A DNA stretch of 36,588 bases from Alphaproteobacteria bacterium (GTDB lineage: Bacteria; Pseudomonadota; Alphaproteobacteria; Micavibrionales; UBA2020), in assembly GCA_029266795.1 (NCBI GenBank), contig JAQSWE010000015.1:1-36588 (forward strand), given 5' to 3'. The translations under genes and the position numbers were made by a program. Below are positions 6,863 to 15,452 of this stretch, one piece after another. The notes below the pieces were generated by a model that saw only the letters and a program-made list of their open reading frames with translations, made no database searches and was not told the DNA's origin. The first letter of the stretch is position 1. Each line of letters begins with the position of its first letter.

Positions 6863-8995
6863 TTAGAAGCCGCTTTCCCGCATCACAAGCGACATGAAAC
6901 GCTGCGCCAGCAGGCTGGCATAGCTGATGGGGTCTGCCTCCAGCACCACCGTGCCGGGCGTCGTATAATCCGGCATCCGCGTATCGCCAGTCAGGCGGAA
7001 TTGCGCGGCATAGATGGGGTGACGGGCGAGCGGGCGGATTGTGCCGCTCTCGCGCGACCGCTCCGCCGGCAGTGCGCCGCCAAAGACCGATGACAGTTCC
7101 GGCCAGAAAATATCCGTTGTATCGGTGTCCTCGATCCGGCCGAGCTCCACCGCGACACGGCTAAATGGCGACAGTTCGGAATAGAACCATCCCTTGGCAT
7201 CTTTTTTCAGCCGTGCGGCATCCTGTTCTGAAACATAGCCGGACAGCATCATTTTCTCCGGCCCGATAATGACCGCCAGCTGCGTGCCGGGATGCAGCCA
7301 GATACCTTCATGAATATAGGGCTCGAGGTCGCGCACCGTGCCGTCAAAGGGCGCTGTCACGATCAGCCGCGCCTTCTGCACTTCGTGGCCTTCCAGCTGC
7401 TTGCGGGCATTCTCGATATCGGAGTCCAGCGTCGGACGGTTGCGCACTAGCTCCGCCGATGCCTGTTCGCGGTCGCGAATGCTAATGAGTGCCGCCAGTT
7501 TCAATCTTGCCTTGGCGATGTCGTTATCGAGCTTTGGCGACATCAACTGGAACAGCATGTCGCCTTTTTTCACCTGCCCGCGCTCGACCGCCATCACCCG
7601 CTCGACACGCGCAGCGGTCGGGGGATAGATGCGGACATAGTTGGAGGCGTGCAGGACGGCGGGCGCCTCCACGGTTGCCTGCGCGGGCATAAAGCAAAAC
7701 GCCGCCACAACAAAGGCCAGCAGCAGCAGAAATTTTCCGCGCACGGATGATAGGATCAGCTTGCCGTTGCGCCCCCATACATACAATTCCCGCCAGATCG
7801 GCAACAGGATAAAAAACACGATTTCGACGAGGAACAGGATCAGGCCGAGCGGCTTGAAGAACAGGAAATAGACGAGGAAGGCGATACCGATGAACAGAAA
7901 GAACCGGTAGACAATGGTCGCAAAACCGAAAATCACCAGCAGGTTGCGCCGTTCCTGCGCCAGCAATTCGGGCGGCCCGTCATCCCAGCCCCAGAGCCAG
8001 CTGCGCAGTTTCCATTTCGCAAAGGCGAAGGCGCGGTCCTGCAGGTTGTCGATGCCGACGAGGTCGGAAAACAGGTAATAGCCGTCGAATCGCATGAGCG
8101 GGTTCAGGTTGACGAGCAGGGACGCCACCAGCGACACGATTGCCACCATGAAGCAGATGCTTTGCAGCATGCCGGGCGGCAGCATATGCCAGAGCAGCAG
8201 CGCCACGGCGGCAATAGTCATTTCCGCCATCACGCCCGCCATGGAAATGAAGATGCGGTCGCGGCGGTCCATCATCTTCCACGCATTCGTGGTCTCCGCA
8301 TATAGCACCGGATACATCACCATCAGCGCAACGCCGATGGTGTGAACGGGAATGCCGTATTTGGTCGCCATATAGGCATGGCCCATTTCATGCGCGACCT
8401 TGACGAAAATCGTCGCGATCAGAAGGTAAAAGATGCCTTCAAGGTTAAAGTAACTCATGAAGGTATGCGCGACTTCGTCCCAGCGCTGCAGCGTAAGGAT
8501 TGCGCCATAGCCGAGCAGCAGCAGAACGCCTGTAAAGAACGCACGCGTGAACATGAAACTGACATAGGGATAGGTGCGCTTCAGGAATTTCTGGGGCTTG
8601 AACAGCGGCATGGCGATATACAGGTAGCCATGCATCGCCTTTTGCCACCAGGAATGTTCTTTTTTCGCGCGTTCTTTTTCAAGATATTCCAGCATGCCGG
8701 GATTGTCGGCATGGACCAGCTTATGCGTCAGGAGGAAATTGACGAGGAACTGGATATCCGCTTCTTCCGGCTCCAGCGTCGTTTCTTTTTGCACAAGCTC
8801 AATCAGCTCGTTGCCCGTACGTACACGGGTGAAGCGGGACAGGCACTCGAATTCCAGCCAGCCTATTTTATAGTATTTGTTGGCGGCGGGATCGTAGAGC
8901 GTCCATGTCGGCGCCCCTTCCTCCGCCGGCGCAGGGTTCAGCTGCAGGTCCTGCCGCAGCCTTGGAAGGTAGAGTTCCTGTGGCTGTTCCATCAT
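6863..8995 (-). CDS. Fusion protein: PqqD/RRE-like N-domain + M50 (site-2-protease type) zinc metalloprotease + C-terminal HlyD/MFP domain
   Basis: 710 aa. Residues ~25-95 (TWTLYDPAANKYYKIGWLEFECLSRF...ELIELVQKETTLEPEEADIQFLVNFLLTHKLV) look PqqD-like. The polytopic core carries HEMGH and NLNPLMRFDGYY, the M50 HExxH and NxxPxxxxDG motifs. The C-terminal ~280 aa carry lipoyl-like and coiled-coil MFP features (VKKGDMLFQL, ...RLIVTAPFDGTV). Confidence 0.8.
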   Translation of the reverse strand: MMEQPQELYLPRLRQDLQLNPAPAEEGAPTWTLYDPAANKYYKIGWLEFECLSRFTRVRTGNELIELVQKETTLEPEEADIQFLVNFLLTHKLVHADNPGMLEYLEKERAKKEHSWWQKAMHGYLYIAMPLFKPQKFLKRTYPYVSFMFTRAFFTGVLLLLGYGAILTLQRWDEVAHTFMSYFNLEGIFYLLIATIFVKVAHEMGHAYMATKYGIPVHTIGVALMVMYPVLYAETTNAWKMMDRRDRIFISMAGVMAEMTIAAVALLLWHMLPPGMLQSICFMVAIVSLVASLLVNLNPLMRFDGYYLFSDLVGIDNLQDRAFAFAKWKLRSWLWGWDDGPPELLAQERRNLLVIFGFATIVYRFFLFIGIAFLVYFLFFKPLGLILFLVEIVFFILLPIWRELYVWGRNGKLILSSVRGKFLLLLAFVVAAFCFMPAQATVEAPAVLHASNYVRIYPPTAARVERVMAVERGQVKKGDMLFQLMSPKLDNDIAKARLKLAALISIRDREQASAELVRNRPTLDSDIENARKQLEGHEVQKARLIVTAPFDGTVRDLEPYIHEGIWLHPGTQLAVIIGPEKMMLSGYVSEQDAARLKKDAKGWFYSELSPFSRVAVELGRIEDTDTTDIFWPELSSVFGGALPAERSRESGTIRPLARHPIYAAQFRLTGDTRMPDYTTPGTVVLEADPISYASLLAQRFMSLVMRESGF

Positions 8996-8999
8996 AGGA

Positions 9000-10409
9000 T
9001 CAAACGCCCAGCTTGCGGCGCAGCGCGATCAGCGGGCGGCGCATGACGTTGAACATCATAAACGACGTTTCACCGTAAACCTTTGCCGTGCCGGTCCAGC
9101 CGACGCGGGGCATGTTTTCCTTGTCGATGAACTGTGCGCGAATGCGGTAGGTCATCATGCCGTCGTTGTCGGGGCCGGGCTGATAAGAAACGGTTTCGAT
9201 CTGTGCCGCGCGGGAGCTTAAGGGGCTGACGTTCAGGAAGAAACTGGCCGGAATATCGGGATTGATATCGATCATCGCATCGACCGGCACGCGGATCAGC
9301 AATTCGGTGTCGCGCGGCTTGGTCAGCAGCATCACCTGTTCGCCCGTGCGCGCCGGGCGGCCGGTGAGGGTTTTCGCGTCGGGGAAGACGACGACGCCGT
9401 CTTCCTCCGCCTTGATTTCGGCGCGCGACAGCATGTCGGCGGCGAAACTTGCTTCGGATTCTTTCGCCGCGATCTGCGCGCGCAGGACGTTCAGCTCGTT
9501 GCGCTTTTTGGGATCGCTCAGGGCTTCACGCTCCGTTTTATCGAGCGCGACACGCACGGTATCAAGCTCGCGCTGCGCGAGTTCCAGCTGGTTGCTCAAC
9601 ACGGTCGAATCCATGATCAGCAGCGTGTCGCCTTTTTTCACGGCCTGGTTCGGTTCCACCGCCGATTTTTCGATGATGCCGTCGAACGGCACCGTCACGA
9701 CGCGCGGGCTGCGTGCCACCACTTCGGCAGGCGCGGTTGCCGTCATGCGCGCCGGAATAAACATCGCCGCCACCAGCAGGGCAAGGAAAATGGCCGTGCC
9801 GGATTTCGTGGGGCGCAGCAGCTTGGTCATCAGCGACTTGCCGCCGCCGCCCAGCTGCCGTACCGCATGTGCAAAACCATCACCAAGGTCTTCGAGGAAA
9901 GCGATATCTGCGTCCTGAAACGCCTCGTCGCGGTCGAGCCACAAGCCGCAGGAGGTTTTGCCCTTCGCGCCCTTCATGGTGACGAGCATCGCATGGGATG
10001 ACGCCCATTCCTGCCAGTCAGCGCGTTCGCGCTCCGGCGCGTCGGCCACCGATATTTTCCGGCAGCGCGCGTCATTCTCCGCCTGCGGCTGGTCGCCGAT
10101 TTTCAGCCATGCGGCGTCGTCCTGATTGCGCAGCTGATGCGCGATCACCTTGCCCAGCCATTGCGCATAGGGGCCGCCTTCATCCAGCTGCACAAGGCCA
10201 GAGGCCGCTTCCAGCGTGACGGAAGTGCCGTCCCAGCGCCAGAACACGCCGTGACGATAAGGCACAAGGTTGAAGGTCTGGTTGACCATCATGAAGCCGA
10301 GTTCGGCGAGCGTTTTTTTATGGCGGACGTTTTTATGCAGGGTCAGCAGGGTCAGCAGCCGCTGCATCCGCGGATCCATTTCTGGCGCACGCGGGGGCGT
10401 GCCGGTCAT
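9000..10409 (-). CDS. HlyD-family membrane fusion protein with a ~190-aa cytoplasmic GAF-like N-terminal domain
   Basis: 469 aa. The N-domain (LAELGFMMVNQTFNLVPYRHGVFWRWDG...LEAASGL...) is followed by one TM (AIFLALLVAAMFIPA). The MFP body follows (TVPFDGIIEK...VKKGDTLLIMD, coiled coil, ...GVVVF). The start overlaps the upstream stop in ATGA. Confidence 0.75.
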   Translation of the reverse strand: MTGTPPRAPEMDPRMQRLLTLLTLHKNVRHKKTLAELGFMMVNQTFNLVPYRHGVFWRWDGTSVTLEAASGLVQLDEGGPYAQWLGKVIAHQLRNQDDAAWLKIGDQPQAENDARCRKISVADAPERERADWQEWASSHAMLVTMKGAKGKTSCGLWLDRDEAFQDADIAFLEDLGDGFAHAVRQLGGGGKSLMTKLLRPTKSGTAIFLALLVAAMFIPARMTATAPAEVVARSPRVVTVPFDGIIEKSAVEPNQAVKKGDTLLIMDSTVLSNQLELAQRELDTVRVALDKTEREALSDPKKRNELNVLRAQIAAKESEASFAADMLSRAEIKAEEDGVVVFPDAKTLTGRPARTGEQVMLLTKPRDTELLIRVPVDAMIDINPDIPASFFLNVSPLSSRAAQIETVSYQPGPDNDGMMTYRIRAQFIDKENMPRVGWTGTAKVYGETSFMMFNVMRRPLIALRRKLGV

Positions 10410-11485
10410 GGCGTGACGCTGGAATCTGGCGGGCTGTCGACCATGAGGCCGAGGAAGCCGAAGCCGGGTTTCTTGAAGACCGCTTCGGGTGCGAAGCTGG
10501 CGCGGCCGCTCATGCCGGGCAGCAGCACTTCGGAATAATTGTCGAGCTCGGCTTCGACCTGCAAAGATTGGGACACGGGATCGACTTCGCCATGGATGCG
10601 CGCGACCTTGGCCGAATAATGGCGGTCGGTTTCGGCGACATAGACGTCGACCGGCGTGCCGATGTTCAGCCAGCGCAGCCAGATGGACGGGATGAGGAAC
10701 TGCGCCTGCAGCGGCTCGCGGGAGACGATTTCCATCAGTACGCGGCCTGTCTGCACGAATTCATACTGGCTGGCGGTTTTCTTGACGACGCGGCCGGCGA
10801 AGGGGGCGGTGATCTTGCACAGCGAAAGGCGGTTGCGCAGCTGTTCGATCTGGGCGACCGCCTGCGCATTGTTTTCCTGCGCCGTCACCACCTCGATCTT
10901 GGAAACCACGTCGAGCGCCTTCAATTCGTTATAGGCGTCCAGCTGCGTCTTCGAGAGGCGCTGGCGGGACTGCACTTCGCGTAGGCGCGCGGTCTCCCCG
11001 CCGCAATCGAATTCGGCCAGCACATCGCCCTTGTTGAACAGGTCGCCGTCGCGGAAGGGCATCTTGGTGACGTGCGCATCGAGCGTGCTCGAGATAACGG
11101 CGATATTCTGCGCCACCAGCACAGCCTGCACCTGATGTTCGCCGGATTGTGTCGCGGTGGATGTAGAAGATGCCTGCATGAAATCGGGCGGCGGCTCTTT
11201 CGGGCCCTGCACTTGCGCGGCTTTTTCCTGTCCCATGCGGTCGGGGTCGCCGACGCCGGAGGCAGGTTCGATGGAATTAAGGTCGAGCGCGCGGACGAAA
11301 TCCATGCCCGTGAAGGCACCGCCGAAAGCTGTCTGGTTAAGCGGCGCGCGCGCAAGGCTGACGAAGAGGGAGCCCGCGATGACGGTCGTGAAGACGGCAG
11401 CGGTCAGCACGCGGCGCAAGGCAGCGCCGCCGCGCTTGCTGCGTTTCTCAGTGGTCGGGAAATATGTTTCGACCCAGTCCGTCAA
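10406..11485 (-). CDS. HlyD-family membrane fusion protein (periplasmic adaptor)
   Basis: 359 aa with an N-terminal TM (VLTAAVFTTVIAGSLFVSLA), a lipoyl motif (FNKGDVLAEFD), a coiled coil, and ITAPFAGRVV. Confidence 0.8.
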   Translation of the reverse strand: MTDWVETYFPTTEKRSKRGGAALRRVLTAAVFTTVIAGSLFVSLARAPLNQTAFGGAFTGMDFVRALDLNSIEPASGVGDPDRMGQEKAAQVQGPKEPPPDFMQASSTSTATQSGEHQVQAVLVAQNIAVISSTLDAHVTKMPFRDGDLFNKGDVLAEFDCGGETARLREVQSRQRLSKTQLDAYNELKALDVVSKIEVVTAQENNAQAVAQIEQLRNRLSLCKITAPFAGRVVKKTASQYEFVQTGRVLMEIVSREPLQAQFLIPSIWLRWLNIGTPVDVYVAETDRHYSAKVARIHGEVDPVSQSLQVEAELDNYSEVLLPGMSGRASFAPEAVFKKPGFGFLGLMVDSPPDSSVTP

Positions 11486-11490
11486 ACCGC

Positions 11491-13002
11491 TTATCCCCCC
11501 TTCCCTGTCAAAACGTCGTTTTCCAGCGCCTGCAGGTTGCGGCGCACGGTGGAAGAAATTTCCGGCAGCGCGACACCGTCGCCGTCGCCACTCCAGATAT
11601 CGATGCCGAGCGAGGAGACAAGCTGCGCATACGCTTCCTGCGCATCGCCGAAGGCGACCATACGGTTCGCGCCGGTGATCGCCGCGTCAATCTCCGCCAC
11701 CACTTTCTGCGGGGTCGCCATCATGCCCGTTTTCGCAAAGCCCGCCGCGCGGCGCGCCAGCTGGCGGCTGTTTTCGTCGACTTCGGTTGCGGCGGCATAG
11801 AATTCTTTGAGGTATTCAAATCTCAGCCGCGCGAGTGTCACTTGCGTCATGACCGCCGCGACCAGCGCAGCCCGGCGTTTTTCGGTCAGCGCCTGATCGG
11901 CCTTCGCCCGCTGGTAGCGCGCGGGCAGCGTCAGCAGTTTCGTGATGCTCTGCGTCAGGCTGAAGGTCCAGTCGACCCAGTCATTTTCGGCAAGGAAGCT
12001 GTTCGCGTCATGCTTCGCGCCCAGCACGGCGGATGCACCGGGGAAGGTCGAGAAGATTTCGAGTTTCACGTTGCGCGCGGAGATCGACTTGTTCAGGAAC
12101 TGCTCGTGCATTTCAGGGCGGTGCATCAAGGCGATGGAATGCAGCGCGTCGTCGGAGCGGCTGAGGCGCGGCAGGCTGCGGCCTTCCAGCCAGTCGGTGT
12201 CGGAGATGTCGAGGCGCAGCGGCGCGCCCGGCGGCAGCGCGATCAGCGCCTTCAAACCCGCTTCCGCCAGCAGCAGCCTATCCTTCAGCGTCATGAGGGC
12301 GGCGCGTTTATCGAGCAGCGTGCCTTTCAGCGTCTTCGCATCGCCAAACGGAATGACGCCCGCCTTCACGGCGGCATCGAGTTTCTTGGTTTCGGTATTT
12401 GTCGCAGCAATCAAATCGCGGATCTGCGGCTGTAAACGTTGCGCAGCCGCCGCGCGCCAGTAGGCGGCATAGACTGCCGTCACGACGTCTTCAAATACTT
12501 TGCGGCGGCGTTCCATGGAAACTTTTTCGCGGTCGGATGCGCCGCGCGCGCGCGCAATCGCAAGGCCGGCATCCAGCAGGTTCCAGCTGGCATCGAGGCT
12601 CGCCGTGTTGCGGTATTGGTCTGTCGAGATCGAGGGCTCCAGCGACTGCACGCCGGTCTGCAGAGAGCGCGAGGAAGATCCGCCCGGATTGTTGCGGCCG
12701 ATGCGGCTCGCGGTCAGCGATGCCGTGGGCAGCGCGTCATAGCCCGCAAGCGCGGATTCTTTGCGCGCGACATAGTTTTCCATCTGCGCGACTTTGGCGT
12801 CGAGATTATATTTGATGCCGCGCGCGATCGCCATTTCAAGCGTGAGGACTTCGCCCTGCACTTCCGGCGGATAGGCGACGCGCATGTCTTCCGCAATCGT
12901 GCGGCGCATTTCGGATGGCTCCAGCGCCTGATTACTCGAGCAGGCAGCCAGCAGCGCAATAAGCGGCAATGCGTAAGCTACGCATTTGGTGCGGTTATAC
13001 AT
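11491..13002 (-). CDS. TolC-family outer-membrane efflux lipoprotein
   Basis: 503 aa with lipobox LIALLAACSS and two repeated alpha/beta halves typical of outer-membrane factors. It is first in the four-gene operon, 5 nt from the next gene. Confidence 0.8.
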   Translation of the reverse strand: MYNRTKCVAYALPLIALLAACSSNQALEPSEMRRTIAEDMRVAYPPEVQGEVLTLEMAIARGIKYNLDAKVAQMENYVARKESALAGYDALPTASLTASRIGRNNPGGSSSRSLQTGVQSLEPSISTDQYRNTASLDASWNLLDAGLAIARARGASDREKVSMERRRKVFEDVVTAVYAAYWRAAAAQRLQPQIRDLIAATNTETKKLDAAVKAGVIPFGDAKTLKGTLLDKRAALMTLKDRLLLAEAGLKALIALPPGAPLRLDISDTDWLEGRSLPRLSRSDDALHSIALMHRPEMHEQFLNKSISARNVKLEIFSTFPGASAVLGAKHDANSFLAENDWVDWTFSLTQSITKLLTLPARYQRAKADQALTEKRRAALVAAVMTQVTLARLRFEYLKEFYAAATEVDENSRQLARRAAGFAKTGMMATPQKVVAEIDAAITGANRMVAFGDAQEAYAQLVSSLGIDIWSGDGDGVALPEISSTVRRNLQALENDVLTGKGG

Positions 13003-13012
13003 TCTTTAAAAT

Positions 13013-13035
13013 ATTCTTCTATGAACAAGAAGAAT
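13013..13035. promoter_or_regulatory. 8-bp inverted repeat immediately upstream of the TolC-family gene start
   Basis: attcttct (13013-13020) / agaagaat (13028-13035) with a 7-nt loop, 11-33 nt upstream of the ATG at 13002. It could be an operator or an RBS-occluding hairpin. Confidence 0.3.
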
Positions 13036-13225
13036 TCTCCCCAATTTTCCCCACCTGAATCCTAACCTAAATTTCTGTTTCATAACAATATTATTTAACA
13101 AAGGCTTAAGGGCGATTTCCATAGAGAGTCAAACGGATTCAAAAATGATTCAGTATGGAAAGTTGCGGGTTGATTTCGGAATCCCTGCCGTTAAACTGCC
13201 ACACATATCAAAAAGGAATTTAACG

Positions 13226-14293
13226 ATGAGCAGCTCTGCCATTCCCCGCGCGCAGGATGCGCCGGCACCCAATCACCTGACCATTCCGGCAGAGTGGTAC
13301 CATTCGCCCGAAATATACGAAGCGGAGCGTGAAAAGCTTTTCTTCCGCGAATGGCAGTTGTTCTGCCACGAGGCGCTCGTTGAAAAACCCGGCCAGTATG
13401 TCGCCTATACGCTCGCCGGCCGGCCCCTCCTCGTGCTGCGGGGGAAGGACGGGCAGCTGAAAGCCTTTCACAACGTCTGCCGCCACCGCGCCTCGATGGT
13501 CTTAAAAGAAGGCGTCGGCACGACGCAGGTCCTGCGCTGCATGTATCACGGCTGGGTCTATGATACCGACGGCCAGCTGGCGAAAGCGCCGGGATTTGGC
13601 GGCGACGAGAAAGACCTGTGCGAACGCACGCACCTGTTCAACATCCATGTCCGCAGCGTATCCGGCCTCGTCTTCATCTGCATGGCCGAAAACCCGCCGC
13701 CTTTTGAAAAGGCGCTGGGTGGGCTGGTCGAGGCGCTGCAAGGATCCGGCATCGAAGGGTTCAAGTTTTTCTCGACCGCATCGCACCCGATGAAATGCAA
13801 CTGGAAAACCTATATCGAGAATTACATGGAGGGATACCACATCCCCGTCATCCATCCCGAGCTCAACAAGGATGTCGATTTCAATACATATAAGGTCGTG
13901 ATCGGCGACCGCATCGCGCGCCATGAAACGGGCATCCGGCCGGAACGCGCCGATGTCGCGCAGAACAGCGGGCTCTGGGTCTGGCTCTGGCCGAATGTCG
14001 CGATCAATATTTATAAAAACGGCATGAACCTCGAAATCGTCATGCCGACGGGACCGGAGACGACCGAGCTGCGCTACTGCTACCTGTTCCGCGATGTATC
14101 GGATGCCGCGAAGGAGGAAAACCAGCGCGCCATCGACCTCAGCTTCCTTGTCACGCAGGAAGACGTGGATATCGTGGAAATCGTGCAGAAGAATTTATCG
14201 GCGGGCGTTTACCATGCGGGGGAATTGTCGCCGCGCCATGAAAACGGCGTCGTTTATTTCCACGATCTGGTGCGGGCCGTTCACGCGAAGTAA
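13226..14293 (+). CDS. Rieske [2Fe-2S] non-heme-iron oxygenase, alpha subunit (choline-monooxygenase-like class)
   Basis: Rieske motif CRHR...(17 aa)...CMYHGW and mononuclear iron motif NYMEGYHIPVIHP. Start at ATG 13226 (AAAGGA Shine-Dalgarno) rather than 13145. Confidence 0.85.
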   Translation: MSSSAIPRAQDAPAPNHLTIPAEWYHSPEIYEAEREKLFFREWQLFCHEALVEKPGQYVAYTLAGRPLLVLRGKDGQLKAFHNVCRHRASMVLKEGVGTTQVLRCMYHGWVYDTDGQLAKAPGFGGDEKDLCERTHLFNIHVRSVSGLVFICMAENPPPFEKALGGLVEALQGSGIEGFKFFSTASHPMKCNWKTYIENYMEGYHIPVIHPELNKDVDFNTYKVVIGDRIARHETGIRPERADVAQNSGLWVWLWPNVAINIYKNGMNLEIVMPTGPETTELRYCYLFRDVSDAAKEENQRAIDLSFLVTQEDVDIVEIVQKNLSAGVYHAGELSPRHENGVVYFHDLVRAVHAK

Positions 14294-14395
14294 AGAATCG
14301 CCGTAATGCTCAAAAACTGTATAAATAGCGATTTTTGCGGTGCAATAATACCGTAATATCTTATTTTATCTTTTATTATCATATACTTAAACTAC

Positions 14396-14424
14396 TTTAC
14401 AAAATCACGCCCATACGGTACATT
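14396..14424 (+). promoter_or_regulatory. Candidate promoter in the AT-rich leader of the 14457 gene
   Basis: TTTACA (14396-14401), 17 nt of spacer, TACATT (14419-14424). Confidence 0.25.
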
Positions 14425-14456
14425 GGTATGTCTTTAACAGCGTATGAGGCGACATC

Positions 14457-15380
14457 TTGACTACTCCGCTTTCGGAGAACTCGATCCCGTCCACTTCCCC
14501 TTCCGCCCATCCCGTATCGGGATTCCTGCGCAGCGCCGGCAAGGCCATCTACAATCTTTGCGAAACCGCCGTGCATACCGTGCGCAAGGGCTACGACAAT
14601 TTCCACCTGCGCATCGCGGAAGGCAATTACCGCATTCAGCCGAAATCGCTCTGGACCCTTATCACCGGGCAGGGTAGCAAGCCCGAAATCGATGTCGCCG
14701 TAACCAAAGTCGGCGGCGCGATGATGGATACCGGCCGTTCATTCGGCAAGCGCATGATGTGGGCTTCCGCCATCGCGCTTGTTTCCATGCAGGCAATGGT
14801 CTGGGTCGCGGGCGGCATCGCGCTTGCGGGCGCCGGCCTCTTCGTCCTTGAATACATGCAGTCGCGTCGCGCAGGCCGCGAAGTGATCCGCGAGGTCAAT
14901 TTCGCGGGCCAGCAGATCGAAGGCACGCGTGCCGATCTGTATCACCTGCACAACGCGCAGGAAAAAATCATGAACCTCGGCGGCACGTTCGCACAGGCAT
15001 CGATGGAATCCACATCAGAAACGATTGAACGCATCATCAACAGCGTCGCCGACAATGCCAGCCGCGTGAAAGTCATCGACCCCGGCCGCTATAACGCAGG
15101 CTGCGAAGGCTATGAGTTCTCCGAACCCGGCATCAAGCTGGTGAAGAACCGCCCTGCACCGCCTGCGATCTTCCATGCGCAAACCACCTCGCCCGCTACC
15201 ACTTATGCGCTGGCCGATATGTCGGTGAAATCTACCTTTGACGCCGCAGCTGCATACACGCCGGAAGAAGTCGCCAAACGCTTCCTCGCGCTCGAAGAAG
15301 CCCTGCCTGCTGACGCGATGGCGAAGGTGAATGAAGCGCGCGCACAGAAGGCAAGAACGGCGCACATACGCGCGGCATAA
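14457..15380 (+). CDS. Hypothetical membrane protein (central double hydrophobic span)
   Basis: 307 aa. TTG start with a GAGG Shine-Dalgarno 7 nt upstream. Hydrophobic region MMWASAIALVSMQAMVWVAGGIALAGAGLFVL. No family recognised. Confidence 0.55.
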   Translation: MTTPLSENSIPSTSPSAHPVSGFLRSAGKAIYNLCETAVHTVRKGYDNFHLRIAEGNYRIQPKSLWTLITGQGSKPEIDVAVTKVGGAMMDTGRSFGKRMMWASAIALVSMQAMVWVAGGIALAGAGLFVLEYMQSRRAGREVIREVNFAGQQIEGTRADLYHLHNAQEKIMNLGGTFAQASMESTSETIERIINSVADNASRVKVIDPGRYNAGCEGYEFSEPGIKLVKNRPAPPAIFHAQTTSPATTYALADMSVKSTFDAAAAYTPEEVAKRFLALEEALPADAMAKVNEARAQKARTAHIRAA

Positions 15381-15452
15381 CCCGTTGCCCTGCATAGGAA
15401 ATCAGGGTTTTTAACCCTTTCCTGCTATAATGTCCTCATCAGGAAACAGGAC

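Noticed and set aside
11464-13065. Plus-strand ORFs of 323, 173 and 208 aa over the TolC-family gene
   Set aside because: They are antisense to a well-supported outer-membrane factor gene, and their translations are low-complexity and Arg-rich.
13145-13225. N-terminal extension of the Rieske oxygenase ORF
   Set aside because: It lies in AT-rich promoter DNA. ATG 13226 has a Shine-Dalgarno and gives a typical N-terminus.
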